From the NCBI RefSeq assembly GCF_018350175.1, contig NC_058368.1, forward strand, positions 120,158,001 through 120,222,000: DNA of 64,000 bases. The letters run 5' to 3'. The DNA is from Felis catus. Taxonomy: Eukaryota. The notes below the pieces were generated by a model. It ran no database searches. It was not told the origin of the DNA and worked only from the letters and a program-made list of their open reading frames with translations. Made by a program: the position numbers and the translations under genes. Of this stretch, positions 38,272-50,912 are shown one piece after another (positions within the stretch are counted from its first letter, which is position 1; every line of letters starts with the position of its first letter).

Positions 38272-39155
38272 AGTTTTTAATAGCTTTATTGAGATGTGAC
38301 CAATGTACAAAGAACTACACATATCTAATATGTACAGTTTAAGTTTAGATAAATGAAAACGACCGTGATAATATCTCCATGATCAAGGTAACAGACAAAC
38401 CCAACATTTTCCATCATTTCAATTTGTGTTTCTTTGCTTGTGGTGGTAGTTTTTTTTTTCTTTTCATATTTGTGTTGTTTATTGTTGTTTTATAAGGCCA
38501 CCCGACATGAGATTTACCCTCTTAACAAATTTTCAAGTGCACAACACAATGTGGTTAACTGTGGGCACTATGATAGATGCCAGATCTGTAAAACTTGGTT
38601 ATCTAGAATAACTTCCACTTTTTACCTGTTGAGTAATTCCCCATTCCCCTACCTCCAAGCCCCTACAACAACTACTGTACTCTCTACTTCTATGTTTGAT
38701 TGTATTAAACGTCATAGAAGTGGTATCATGCCATATTTGTCCTTCTGTCACTGGTATAATGTCCACCAGGTCCATCCATGCTGTCACAAATGATAGGATT
38801 TCCTTCTCTTTTAAAGCTGGATAATATTCTATTCAATGCATGCACCATATTTTCTTTATCCATTGTTCTATTAATGGACATATCTTGGCTATTGTAAATA
38901 ATATTGCAACAAACATGGGCATACAGATACCTCTTTGAGATCTGTACCCAAAAGATGTATTACAGGGTAAAATGGTAGGTCAATTTTAGTTTTTTAAGGA
39001 ACCTCCATACTGTTTGCTATAGTGGCAGCACCATTTTGCATTTGTACCAAAAATGTACAAGGGGTCCAGTTCCTCTATAATAATAATAATATAATAATAA
39101 TATCCATCCTAATAGCTAGGTGGAAAGTAATAGCCTATTGTGGTTTGATTTAGAC
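38272..39155 (-). mobile_element. L1MB-type 3' end
   Basis: TAGCTTTATTGAGAT...ATGAGATTTACCCTCTTAACAAATTTTCAAGTGCACAAC...GGATTTCCTTCTCTTTTAAAGCTG...AGGAACCTCCATACTGTT. Confidence 0.88.
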
Positions 39156-40049
39156 ACGTAGGTGCTAGAATTTGTATTTGGAAGAAAAAAATAAAAATAA
39201 TAGGAAATAGCAAGATTAAGGAGAGGCTGGTGGTTAATGGAAGACAGTGTAGCAAATTCGTACACAGAGGTAGAATGGTCCTAACTTCCTTTGCTTCCTG
39301 TCAGCTTTCCACTTTCAGTAATGTTTTATTGGATAGTGATTCTGTATGATGGTCTTTGCATGAACTCTTACTCACCATACGAAGGAGCATCTGAGTAAGT
39401 CTCTGTTGTTGGCAATGATTCATGCCTTAGCCAAATGAAAGATTTGGTTTGCCCAAATGATTCTGGACGATAGATAAACAGAACTTGAATTCATGAATGT
39501 CCTAACTAATTCCCTTCTTTGGGACTTAATGTTTGTTAGTTGACATGTTTATTCTTTAATATCTGTAGAAGCTGCTTAAGGAGGTCTTTGCTACTGCGAT
39601 CTAATACCACCAGAGAACTGGCTTCAGAAATAATATTAGCCTTTGTGAGTTTGCAGCCTGTCCAGCTGAGTGGGATTTAATCCCACTTCCCCTAACGTGG
39701 CACCATGGTTGTTTTCTCTCAGCATGGACTGCCCCAGTCTCCTGCAACTGCTCTCTTCACTTTGGGTTCTGAGCGTTTCTCATGGAGTTTCAGCTCCTGA
39801 CTTCTGAAGTGCTGTTTTTCTGCTAACTGTAATCCAGTCTTCCTGTAGCAACAGGTTGCTCATGAGCCAAACTAATATTTTCCTTTGCATTCCTCAGAAA
39901 TCTAGAAGAGGCTTTCATTTTAGCCATCCAAAGCACTTTGCAAAAGAAGATTTTTTTTTGTGAGTTCTCTTAGTTTATATAGAAAAAATCTCTTAGTATC
40001 AAGTAGGATACTTGATACTAAATATCAAGTATGTTCCATACTTTATTTT

Positions 40050-40295
40050 TATAGTGGGTAAATGCTTGGGCTCCGAAGACAATGGCCTCACTGCACTTCA
40101 CACTCTGTCACTTACTAGTTGTGCTGACCTGAGAGAAATGGTGAGGTCCCCTCACCCTCACTGTCCTCATTGTGGGATGAGGATAATGAATGTAACTGTT
40201 TCAGCTTTTGTGATGATTAAATGAGATAGTATATGTAAATCACTTGGCATAGTGCCTAGTACACATTAAGTGCTGAAAAATATTTCCTATTATTG
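40050..40295 (+). mobile_element. MIR
   Basis: CTCTGTCACTTACTAGTTGTG...GATTAAATGAGATAGTATATGTAAA...CATAGTGCCTAGTACACATTAAGTGCT. Confidence 0.85.
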
Positions 40296-40511
40296 TGGTA
40301 GCAGTGCATAACATGATAAATGGCTCATTAAAGTTAAGTCAGGTCAAATTAGTAATGTTCAGTTAGGTGCCTATTCCTAGTACTTGGCTATAAGTCTCCA
40401 GAAAATGCAAAAGAAATAGAATACAGCCTTCAATTTCATGATGCTTGCAAAGGAATTGGGTGGAAAATGTTACCTGTAAAATGTTACTCAATTAATAAAT
40501 AATTGAGTGTA

Positions 40512-40761
40512 GGGGCACCTGGGTGGCGCAGTCGGTTAGGCGTCCGACTTCAGCCGGGTCACGATCTCGCGGTCCGTGAGTTCAAGCCCCACGTCGGGCT
40601 CTGGGCTGATGGCTCAGAGCCTGGGGCCTGTTTCCGATTCTGTGTCTCCCTCTCTCTCTGCCCCTCCCCCGTTCATGCTCTGTCTCTCTCTGTCCCAAAA
40701 ATAAATAAATGTTGTAAATAAATAAATAAATAAATAAATAGATAGATAGATAGATAGATAG
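40512..40761 (+). mobile_element. Young felid Can-SINE with a (TAAA)n(GATA)n tail
   Basis: Near-consensus body. TSD ATAAATAATTGAGTGT at 40495-40510 and 40762-40777. Confidence 0.97.
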
Positions 40762-41502
40762 ATAAATAATTGAGTGTCTTCTAAGCCTTTATGATAAAAC
40801 AAGGATTCCTACTCTAGTGGAGTTTACAGTCCAGCTTGGGAGACTGGTCATGATCAGTAGGCTTAATAAAGAAGTTATTTCTATAGTATGAACAAATTCG
40901 ATTTTAAAAAGAATGGATTGGAGGAGTGCAGTTGAAATAGAACAGTTAGGGCTCAGTGAGAACATAGGATTTGACAAGACTTGAATGCAGTGATGTAGTT
41001 AGGCATTTATAGAATCTGAGGTTCGCTGTGTGTTAGAACATCCAATCTGTGTCTTGTGTTCCCTGGAATAAGTAAGAACTCAAAGGAGAATAGAGACAAT
41101 AGCACGGTAGAGTTTTGGGCTCATTTACATGTTCATTAAACAACGGTTTATACAGTGATTAGTGAGTACTAGTTAAAAGAGAAGGTTTTAAGGAGAGAGC
41201 AGTATCATGAAATAAAGTCGATCATGTGACTCATGGACCACTATGCCTTTTTCCCTTTTCTGCATCTGTAACAAAAATTATTAATAGATTATATCAAGCA
41301 TAGAAGAACCTCAGAATCCCTGTTAATATATCATTCCAGGAAACCTAAACCAAACATCTCACAGTTGACTTGTGAGATGAGGTTTATTTTCAATCTCTGT
41401 GCTGTAATTCTGCCAGGCTTTATCTACATTTAGGACAGATCTGCTATCAGGAGTCTTCCAACATTCTGATGTACACATAGGTATGTTATGTTTCTTCTTG
41501 TA

Positions 41503-41712
41503 CTTTTATTTTATTTCAATTCCAGTATAGTTAACATACAATGTTATTTTTGTTTCATGTGTGCAATATAGTGATTCAGCACTTCCATACATCACCCAGT
41601 GCTCATTACAACAAGTGCCCTTGTTAATCCCCATCACCCATTTCATTCATCCTCCCCATCCACCTCCCCTCTCGGAACTGTCCGTTCTCAACAGATTAAG
41701 TCTGTTTCTTGA
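41503..41712 (-). mobile_element. Short carnivore L1 3' UTR fragment
   Basis: TAGTTAACATACAATG...GTGATTCAGCACTTCCATACATCACCCAGTGCTCATTACAACAAGTGCCC...CCACCTCCCCTC. Confidence 0.85.
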
Positions 41713-41814
41713 AATATTTATTCTTGTATTTATAAAATGTTCTCCAATAGTCACTTGCCACAGCGATTTTAGACCATGGAATATTTTGTTCACTGAAAAA
41801 TGAACCTCCAAAAT

Positions 41815-42020
41815 GGGGTGCCTGGGTGGCTCAGTTGGTTAAGTGTTGGACTTTGGCTCAGGCCGTGATCTCATTTTTGGTGATTTCAAGCCCCAAATTG
41901 GGCTCTCTGTTGTCAGTGCAGAGCCCACTTCAGATCCTCTGTCTCCCTGTCTCTCTTCTCCTTCCCTCCTTGTGCTAGCTCAAAAATAAGAAAAAGCATA
42001 AAAATTTAAAAAAGAAAAAC
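41815..42020 (+). mobile_element. Can-SINE
   Basis: GGGGTGCCTGGGTGGCTCAGTTGGTTAAG head, CT tract and A-rich tail. Confidence 0.93.
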
Positions 42021-45000
42021 ATTAGAGCATTGTGCATAAATGTAGTGACTGCCCACATGATGTAATGAAGAATACCCATATCCAATAATCTGTACCATAG
42101 ATATTTTATGATAGCCAACACTTCCACAATTATAGATCCATTTATTTATGTTAATATGTTTTAATGTGGCTCAGTGCTGTGTGATTTGATATTCTCTCCA
42201 TTAGTGCACCTGACTTAGTAATACTGTGCTTTCTCTCCATATGCTCTCAACCTAGAAGTTCCGTCCAGCTCCTAAAGCAGTGATGTTAGAATCCTGGTAC
42301 CTTATGTGCCTTTTTTTTTTCCATGTCCTTAATTACTTTTTCATCCCCACTTGATGGAGTTAAAAAGCAAGCGGCTCACCTCCTGTACTGCCTAAGTGGC
42401 ATGTGAATTTACAAGAGTTCCCACAATCTGTAAATAATTGTTCAGGACAGAAAATGCAGCCCTGTATTACTGATTCAGGGGCTTGGGCTTTTTAAATATG
42501 ATATAAAAAATCAAAAGTGAGTCAAAGTCAATTGCCTTCAAAAGAAAAAAAAAAGTGAGTTACCTCATCATTATGGAACATTATGAAAGAAAAGGCTTTT
42601 TTCAGGCTACAATAAGGATTTGATCCAAGAGGGGGAAAAAATGTTTACCACCAGCAACAAATTTCATTAAGTGAATATCACATTTATGGGAGAACTGAGT
42701 CTTTACTGAAGCTGTTGCCCTCCTTCCTGCCAGGTTGGACCATGGTGCCTAAAAGCAGGTGTTTATGGCCTTTTTAGTCTCGACATGGCCCCTTTAAGTG
42801 GTCACAAACTCAGGAATCACACTTTGTAAGGGATTGGCTTGGTGGGGAGCAGTGTATTGGAAAATATTTTGGAAAGGGTTCACAATTCCACAGGAATCAA
42901 GCTTACATGGCAAGGCCACTGAAGACCTGATCAGTTCTTGAGGTAGTTGTGATGATCCTGTGTTTCGTGTATGCATAAGTGGAAGCATGAATTCAACTAA
43001 AATAATGCACACACAAATACACATGCAGGTTGATAGGGAGGGAGCGAGAAGGAAGGATTCTACAGGCAGAATGTAAAACAGATGAGTAATGATTATATTT
43101 AAGTCAAATCTGAAAAACAGGAAGTCTATCATTGGCAAAACAAAATAATGAGTTGTAAGTAGACTAGCTTAGATGGGTATCAAAATGCAAGTGTTTATGT
43201 ATAAGTGAGTATGTGGTTTTCCAGATAGGCTCCAATCTACCACTGGTATTTAGAAGGATGATTGGTTTATGTCCACAGGCTCTGGAGGAAAGGCTTCCAA
43301 TTACATAGAGAGTTCACAGTATTGGAAATTAGAAAACGTGGACTTGCCTTTGCTTCTGTTATCACCAGGTTGTGTTATCTGGGGCCATGGTCCTTTTCAC
43401 TCTGAGCTTCTGTTTGATCATTAGTAAAGTGAGAGCTTATGGCTGTCACTATCCTTAGAGCTCTAATTCTAGGTTCTAATTCAAAAATACGTGCATACAT
43501 ATACATATTTTTATATTCAGGCAACTAGGGAGAACTTTGTATCCTGGCAAAAGTCCTGTTTAGCATTTTCTCATGTAATTGTTAAAATAACCATTTGGGT
43601 GAAATAGTACTATCATTCTCATTCTGCAGGTTAGGAATCAAACTCGGGCAGGCTGTGTTATCTTGCTTGTGGTTAATCTGTTACCAGGGGGTGCAGAGGA
43701 ATCTTAAATCTAAGCTCCTAACATAAAGATAGTACTTTCAACTACTGCATGCTTCTGCCCCCTGTACTATTATCTGCTGCTCTCAAGATGACATTTTGAT
43801 ATGGCCTAAACCTCTAAAATAATTTCTGCAACCCACTGGGGTATAAAACTTGGTGTAGATTGGACCTAGGTAGCTCTGGTGAGACATGTGTATATATTCA
43901 GTACTGCTGGTATAAATCTCTTAATTTGGGAAGAATCAGGAAGTAATGGTCTTGCCATTCTGTGGTGGCAGAGCTGGGGGATGGAATGACTAATGGTTAA
44001 AGAACGATTGTCAGTCTTTAGCCACGTCATGAGCAATTCACTCCCTGTATATACACTGCCTGTGCCTCTCTATAAATGTATTAAAAGTCAGTACCTCCAC
44101 CAGAAAAATCTATTTGCACCTACGAACCCAATAATTGTTCTAATTGCATTAGCAACTGAAGAATATTATGGATAAAGTCTTATAAGGGGTGCTGTGTGTT
44201 TTGAAGCGGGATCTTCCTACATTACTAGTGAATACTCATTCTCCAAAACTTTCATGTTACTTACATCCTGTTACCATCACTGCCACTGCTGCCATCCTCA
44301 CCCTCCTGGGGTAGCTCCTTCCACATTCTGTTTGTAATTGGTTCTGATTTAGAATTGCTATTAGCTTAAATTCAACTAATCGCTATTAAGTATCAATTAA
44401 GTGCAACTTAATACGAAACATTAGAAGAAGGAAAAGATACATTGCATAGAGGTGTGGTATGGGTCCTAAGTATTTTTGTGGCACTTGAAATCTATCTTTT
44501 AGTGGATTAGGTAAAAAAAAAAAAAAAAAAGGAGTGATTGGCTCATGGATTTAGTAAAGGATTCAGAAGAAGAGTTGCCTTTAGTGTCTGCTGAATCTAG
44601 GAGTCCAAAAACTGTGGTCTTGTTTGTTTTTCTGTCACTCAGCTCTGCTTCCCTCTGTGGGTATCGTCTTTACTGACTTTGAATCTCTGGCAGTATCTTC
44701 CTATGTTGTGGGAAAGAGACCACCAGAAGCCTATGCCATTATAGCTCATGAACCAGAAGAAAAATTTCCCTCCAGTGCTTTTGTGTATGTCTACACACTC
44801 TTGAGATCATCTCTTCACCAGGAGTAAGGGGTGCTCATTAACTCCCAGGTCCTTTTTGTGGATGGAAAGTGATTCGGCATCTGTGATAGAGAGCATTACT
44901 GACAGAATGATACAGAGAAGTTTCTCTGTTATTTAGGAATATTTACTTATTCCACCAAAGTGTTTGAGGCACCTGGAAATAGTGGTGAAGATAAGTAAAT

Positions 45001-45969
45001 TGAGGTAAGAATTGAGCATAAACTCAAGCACAATGGTTAGAAAAAATAGGCTTATTGGCAAAAAACCAGGGGAGTGATGGAAACCGGAAAGAGGAAACAA
45101 AACTATTTACAGTTACACGTGTTGAGTCAACTGGATGGAGACCATTAACTATTCAGGGAGAGATATTATCAAATAATTTGAATCAATCAAATAGTAGAAC
45201 ATTATACTTTCTGTCCTTCATGTCAACTAACTCTCACTTGGACTCTCCCTCTAAGTCCCTGTGTGTGAATTACTTTTTTCTAACATGTGAATACTTGCGT
45301 GGAAATAGCTCTTATAGAACCTAGTTTGAGATCTTGTTTAAACCTTAAGGAAGCACAAAACCCAAATAGTTATGTATTAGAATCACAGTTATGATTGGAA
45401 TATTATTACAAATTTGCTGCTTCTAACAACAGCCACCAAGTTACTGCAGAACTAATTTCCTCCTAGATGATGACGACAGTTGTTGTGGCTTGAGGTAATG
45501 AAGATCTGGATGCTTGTGAGATGTGGAAAACCAAAATGAGTGAAAATAGTCCTGGGTTCAGTCAGTCTCATTTAAAAATCGGCTTTAAAAGCACTACTAC
45601 TTAAACAAGTTGCCATTGTTAATGCTATTATGTCCTTTTCAGAAATGCTGTTGCTCCTAATTTGAAACAAGTGCTTCCTTTCAGGCCAATTAAGCAGATG
45701 AGTAACATTTCTGAGGACCACATAGTTAACATATTCAGTCTACAGCAAAGTCAGGGATGCTAGATATGATGATTTGGAATTTGCACTTCCAGAAATAACT
45801 CCTCTCTTTACTCTGGGAAGACACTTATTGGTTGAGAGAAGAAACTACCTCATTAACATTTTTATTTTGTTTTATATGAGAGATTTACAGAGGCAATTTG
45901 TTACCTCACTAGCATCGATTTTTTTTTTCTGATAGACAATACTTTGCTTCTCAAAAAAATTACCCTAGT

Positions 45970-46436
45970 TTTTGCAATATAGTTGGTGAGATTGACCCGC
46001 TCTAAGCTTCAGGGATGGTTCTTGATTAGCTTTAGGCAATCCAAGTATCCCAGGGTCATTGAGATGAGATGAGGGATCAGTACATGACCTAACCACTGTG
46101 AGTGAACCAAGACCCTAAGGCTTCCAGGTAAATGAAAGCCTACTTCCTTAGAAGGAACTATAACAGCCTGTCCACTGTTTCCCGTGCACAATGCCAGACA
46201 AGCATCTCTTCCTGAGGAGGTAGGATTGTGTCCGTGAGTGAAGCAGAGGAAGCAGAGCCACTCAGTGCAAAGTAGGGGGAAAAGGAAAAACCTGCTTCTG
46301 GTCACAGTGAGCCCTGAATCATTTTCTCTTGAGGAGGGACTGCTCTTAAACTAGCCAGATTCATGAGGCATAAAATTCCTTTTCTTGGTGTAGGCTAGTT
46401 TAGATGGACTTAAAGCGATAGGAAGACCCTAATGCA
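45970..46436 (+). mobile_element. Old ERVL-type LTR (LTR16/LTR33-like)
   Basis: AGCTTCAGGGATGG...CATGACCTAA...GAGCCCTGAATCA...ATAAAATTCCTTTTC...GCTAGTTTAG...AAGACCCTAATGCA. Confidence 0.5.
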
Positions 46437-47777
46437 TTTTAATCCACAAAAGGCTGAAGAAGAAACTGAAAAATTACCCATAACTCACTCACCCAAATAT
46501 ATAAATCATTGTAATATTGATGGGATGTTAGGTTGTTTTGGATCTTTCCAGATGGATTAGGGGAAAAGTTAGGTAATTAGTTCTGTACTCTGGAGATAGG
46601 ATTTTACAGTATTTCACAAAAACTGGAAACGTTAATGAAAAAAATCAATCTCATCTCATAAAAGTTTAAACATTTTATAGAGAAAAATAGTAACAAAGTT
46701 TAAACAATATGACAAACTAGAAAAATTACATGGAGCGGTGGTGTGTTAGATAAATTATGCTTGTAACGTATACACAGCTTTTACAAATTTGTAGTTAGAA
46801 GTTGAACACCCCCATAAAAAATGGGCATGGAATATGAATAGGCAATTCACATAAGAAGAAATACACACAAACACATTCACACATAAACAGCTCTACCTCT
46901 GTCTGGCTTTGGGGCTTTGAGCAGTTGACCTTACTTCACGTGGCAGTCTTCTGAGTGATTAAAACGGGCATAATGACACCTGCTCGGTAGCATTCTTATA
47001 AACTCAGAATGAAGAAAGATCAAGTAAAATATGTTCTGAACATAAGGGATCAGATTTAAGAAATGGCCTCCAAGTTTACTCAACTGGTTTTCTTCTTTGA
47101 TTTTGTTTATGAAGAAGAGCAACCAAAAAGCCTCTGTGATTCAGAAAGTTCAGTTGCCACTTTTGATTGCTAAGCTATTGATCACATCCAACATTCCATT
47201 TGAGTTAATAGATTCGACAATCAACGCAGTTTAACCACAACTAAAACTAGAAGTTTTATGTAAAAATTAATGACATGTTGCTTTCAAAATGGTTAAGGCT
47301 AGGGAGGAAGATGATTACAATTATCAAGGGCTTATTCTATGAAGTATTTTAAGTACTTGGCAGGCATTATATTATTTAATCCTCACAAGGCCCCTATTTG
47401 AGACTTACAAAACCTATTGTTTGGAAACTGGGACTCCCAGAGATCAAGTAATAATCTTGCTCAGCTAATAAAGGACAAAGCCAAAATATGAGTTCAGGTC
47501 AAATTCATGGGCTCATGCTGTTGATTCTTTTAACTCTTATGTTAGAGTCACAGAGCCATTTTGATTTTTTTTTTCTTTTTAGAAATAATAGAATAACGTG
47601 AGGATCACATCCACAACACTTGTATTTTCTCTCTCTATATATACACCAGTGCCCCATTTGCAGTTCAGGAATTGATCTTGAACAAATAGTTGAGTACTAA
47701 GGAGTGCTAAGCATTGTATTTGATACTGGGAAGTTTAAAAATGAGGTTAGGCAGAATTTCTGGACACAGGAGCTCTT

Positions 47778-47901
47778 TCCTCTCCTCTCCTCTCCTCTCT
47801 CCTCTCCTCTCCTCTCCTCTCCTCCCCTCTCCTCTCCTCTCCTCCCCTCCCCTTCCCTCCCCCTCCCCCTCCCCCTCCCCCTCCCCCTCCCCCTCCCCCT
47901 C
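47778..47901. repeat. Pure pyrimidine tract (CCTCT)n grading into (CCCCCT)n
   Basis: Read directly. It explains the PSPS/PLPL ORFs. Confidence 0.97.
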
Positions 47902-47974
47902 AGTGCATGCTCCTTTACTGCTCAGAGCTCATCTGCTTCATGGATATTTGCAGTTGTGTTATTAACCTTTCTAA

Positions 47975-48190
47975 AACTTGGGGCTTTGAAATTTAACACT
48001 CTAGGGTCAGATCCTTACTTCACTGCTTGTTAACTGTATGACTTTGTGCATGTTTTCTCATCATTGAATTGGGATAATAAAAACTATTTGATAGTGATGT
48101 GAGAATTGAGGCACATTATATAAAACACTTGCCAAAATACCTAGAACCTAGTGAGCACTCGCTAAATGATCAATTTTCTAGCTATTATTA
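47975..48190 (+). mobile_element. MIR
   Basis: GGGCTTTGAA...TAACTGTATGACTTTG...GGGATAATAA...GTGAGAATTGAG...TAGTGAGCACTC. Confidence 0.75.
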
Positions 48191-49144
48191 TGGCTGGTTT
48201 CTGCACTGAAATCTGAAGGTGCCACATTTATATGCAGAGCTTTAGCCTATTTAGTTTTTTTTTTTTAATCAAAAGTAGCAATAGATTGAACCAATGTAGC
48301 TCCACACAGAAAGGATAATGTTTGGTTTGAGAACATTGAGACTTTAAAGCTCTGATTTTCATTGCATTTCCAAAGAGAGGAGCCAATTGGAAATTTTCAG
48401 GGATGTTTGAGTACCACTAGATTTCTTCATCTCAGAGCAGAGTCAGCAGCAGTGAACAGCCACAAACGAAATACTCCTAGGTCGTAGTATTTTTTAAAGG
48501 ATTCCTCATGGTCCATTACATTCCAAATTATATACATTTTTATTGTAATACCAAGTCTTCTGACAACCCAACTGGTTCCCAGAGGATTCCATCAAGGACG
48601 CAACAGCATCACATTGCATCTCTCCCCAAAATGAAAATGCCATCTGTTATTATATCAACATGACATTGTGTGCATTAGCATATTTCAAATACACATCAAT
48701 TTACATAATGCCTAGAAAACTATCTTTCCATGATGCATAAAGTTTTCTACCCATCTCCCTTATTTATTGCTATTATTGGAGGCCGATAACACCTCACACA
48801 GAGGAGACAATGTGCAAGTGAAATGTGGCTCTTCAGTGGGAGTCCTTAGTATGGGCTTTCACTGTGGCTGCGCAGAAGCAGCTAGCTGCTTTATTCTGCC
48901 TGAAAGGACATTAGAAGACCCTTCACTCATTATGTTTTGTTCTGTGCATTTCCTACTTATTTTCACAACAAATTGTACTTTATAAATTCTAAAAACTTCT
49001 GGCAGGACTTAGCAGTTTTTAAAAATTATTTTAATTTATTTCTCTGGGTCCTTAATTTTTCCTTTAAATAAGCCTTTTGAGAACTTTGGCTTAGACACCT
49101 GTTCTTTCTGTTCAAGCTTTGTTTTTTTCTCAGATGAGAGCTGT

Positions 49145-49522
49145 TGTCAGATGGCCCATTGAGACTCCTGGGAAATGAACTCTGAGACAGAGTTAGGAAT
49201 GCATAAATGGGTTTGGGAGGAAGGCATGTGAAAGCCAAGGGGGACAAGATGGGATCGGGAAGAGAGAGCTGTCAAACCACAGTACAGTGGGTGCTCCGGA
49301 ATGAAGAGTCCCCATTAGGAGATTCCTATGCCAGAAATAAATGGCGTGGCTCTTGTACCAGTGTTCTGCCTGGTCACTGGCTTGGGCCACACATCGCTGT
49401 GAAGCTGAGGTAGACCCACAGGAAATAACAGCTAGTGGATGTCCACTAACTGGAGTCCTGTCAGCTGGGCAGCAAGTCCTTTCTTGAAGTGGGATCTGAG
49501 TGCACAGCTTTGGGTTTGTCAC
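49145..49522 (-). mobile_element. LTR16A-like ERVL solo LTR
   Basis: The minus strand reads CAGATCCCACTTCAAGAAAGGACTTGCTGCCCAGCTG near its start and AACTCTGTCTCAGAG...CTGACA at its end, resembling recalled LTR16A. Confidence 0.7.
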
Positions 49523-50087
49523 TTAGCACTTATCCTACTAGTGCAAGGCAATATTTAATTGTTTCACCTTAAGACTGGAGGTTTGGAAGACACAGGGAAT
49601 ATAGAAAAACCTATGGTTCTCTTCCTGCTCTAAAATCCTCTTACAGCTGCAAAATCCAAACTGCCTAATTATGGACTATTGGGGGAAAGACTCTAATTGC
49701 CATTGTCAGCTTGCAAGTCTTCTGGAGTTAACATAACAGTGTTGAATTTTCCTTTTAGTCTTAAACCCTGAAAGCCAAGTGGAGGCAAAAGTGGGTACCT
49801 CTTACCGTTCCAAATGAGCCGATCACTGAACCACCGGTTCATTGCCAAAAAATACTTACTACTTGTTACCGATATTGAAACTACTACCATTGGCCATGCA
49901 TTTCAGGAAACCAGTTAGCCACACTATCAGTCAAGAGTCTCTACCTGAGTGGTGGAATTAAGTGAAAGGAAAATGTCACCCTCATTCAGAGGATAAATGT
50001 GCATATTTCTATGAACTACTATAACTTGTGATCCTTTCCCACAACACATCTTCCCATTCAGTCCCCTGATCTGGACAAGAAGTTGTT

Positions 50088-50295
50088 GGAACACCTGGGT
50101 GGCACAGTCAGTTAGGCATCCAATTCTTAACTTTGGCTCAGGTCATGACCTTATGGTTCTTGAGTTCAAGCCCCCCACCAATGGCAGAGCCTGCTTGGAA
50201 TTCTGTATCTCCCTCCCTCCCTCCCTCCCTCCCCCCTCCCCTGCTAGCACATATTCTCTTTCAAAATAAGTAAATAAACATTAAAAATGATAAAT
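50088..50295 (+). mobile_element. Can-SINE
   Basis: TSD AAGAAGTTGTT at 50077-50087 and 50296-50306. Confidence 0.93.
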
Positions 50296-50863
50296 AAGAA
50301 GTTGTTTCTGTGTGTTTATTGCTCAGTGGGTCACATCATGGGCCTTGCACTCTCTGACTACAGGTGGTAGTTTGTATCTGCCAGTTACATTGTCTGCTTA
50401 TAGATGCTTCCAATAATATTTCATTAGCTAAGTAGTGCTGACTCAGTTATGATTTCCTTGCTTTGAACTAAGAGTAGTTCAATCATTAAGCCTTTGTCTC
50501 CTAGGCCATTCTCTTCTATTCTCTGTATTGGAAAGGGCTCTGCTAAGACCTTTGGAAAAATATGTACTTCTATACAAAAGCCCTTTTCCACCCAAGAGAC
50601 TCATTCTTCATCTGTAAAATGATAGAACTGGACTAAGGGATCTTTAATGTCTCATTTAGGGCTGTGCCCATGTGTTTCAGAGGAAATGCCTTTTCTCTCT
50701 AGAGACTAATAAGAAATAATGACTGAACTGTTTCTGCTTGACTCATTCCCACTCAATGAGACAGGAGGAATATGGTAACAGCTTCTAGGAGAGAAAGAGA
50801 GAGCCCTTATATCCGGAGACCTTAGGAAAGCTTTGACCATGTGATCCATGTGAAGGACCCTGG

Positions 50864-50865
<2 letters not shown>

Positions 50866-50912
<47 letters not shown>
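50866..50912. repeat. (ATC)n trinucleotide microsatellite, about 15 units
   Basis: Read directly. It is the source of the poly-Met ORF. Confidence 0.97.

Noticed and set aside
45630..45765. Acceptor-like TTATGTCCTTTTCAG followed by a 39-codon open frame
   Set aside because: I recognise no protein and see no convincing donor, so an exon cannot be supported.
47704..48033. Pro/Ser/Leu-rich ORFs
   Set aside because: They derive from the pyrimidine simple repeat and a MIR.
49693..49890. ORF containing YFLAMN, reminiscent of the FGF YLAMN motif
   Set aside because: The surrounding residues do not match any FGF core I know, so this is likely chance.
50706..50912. Poly-Met ORF
   Set aside because: (ATC)n microsatellite.
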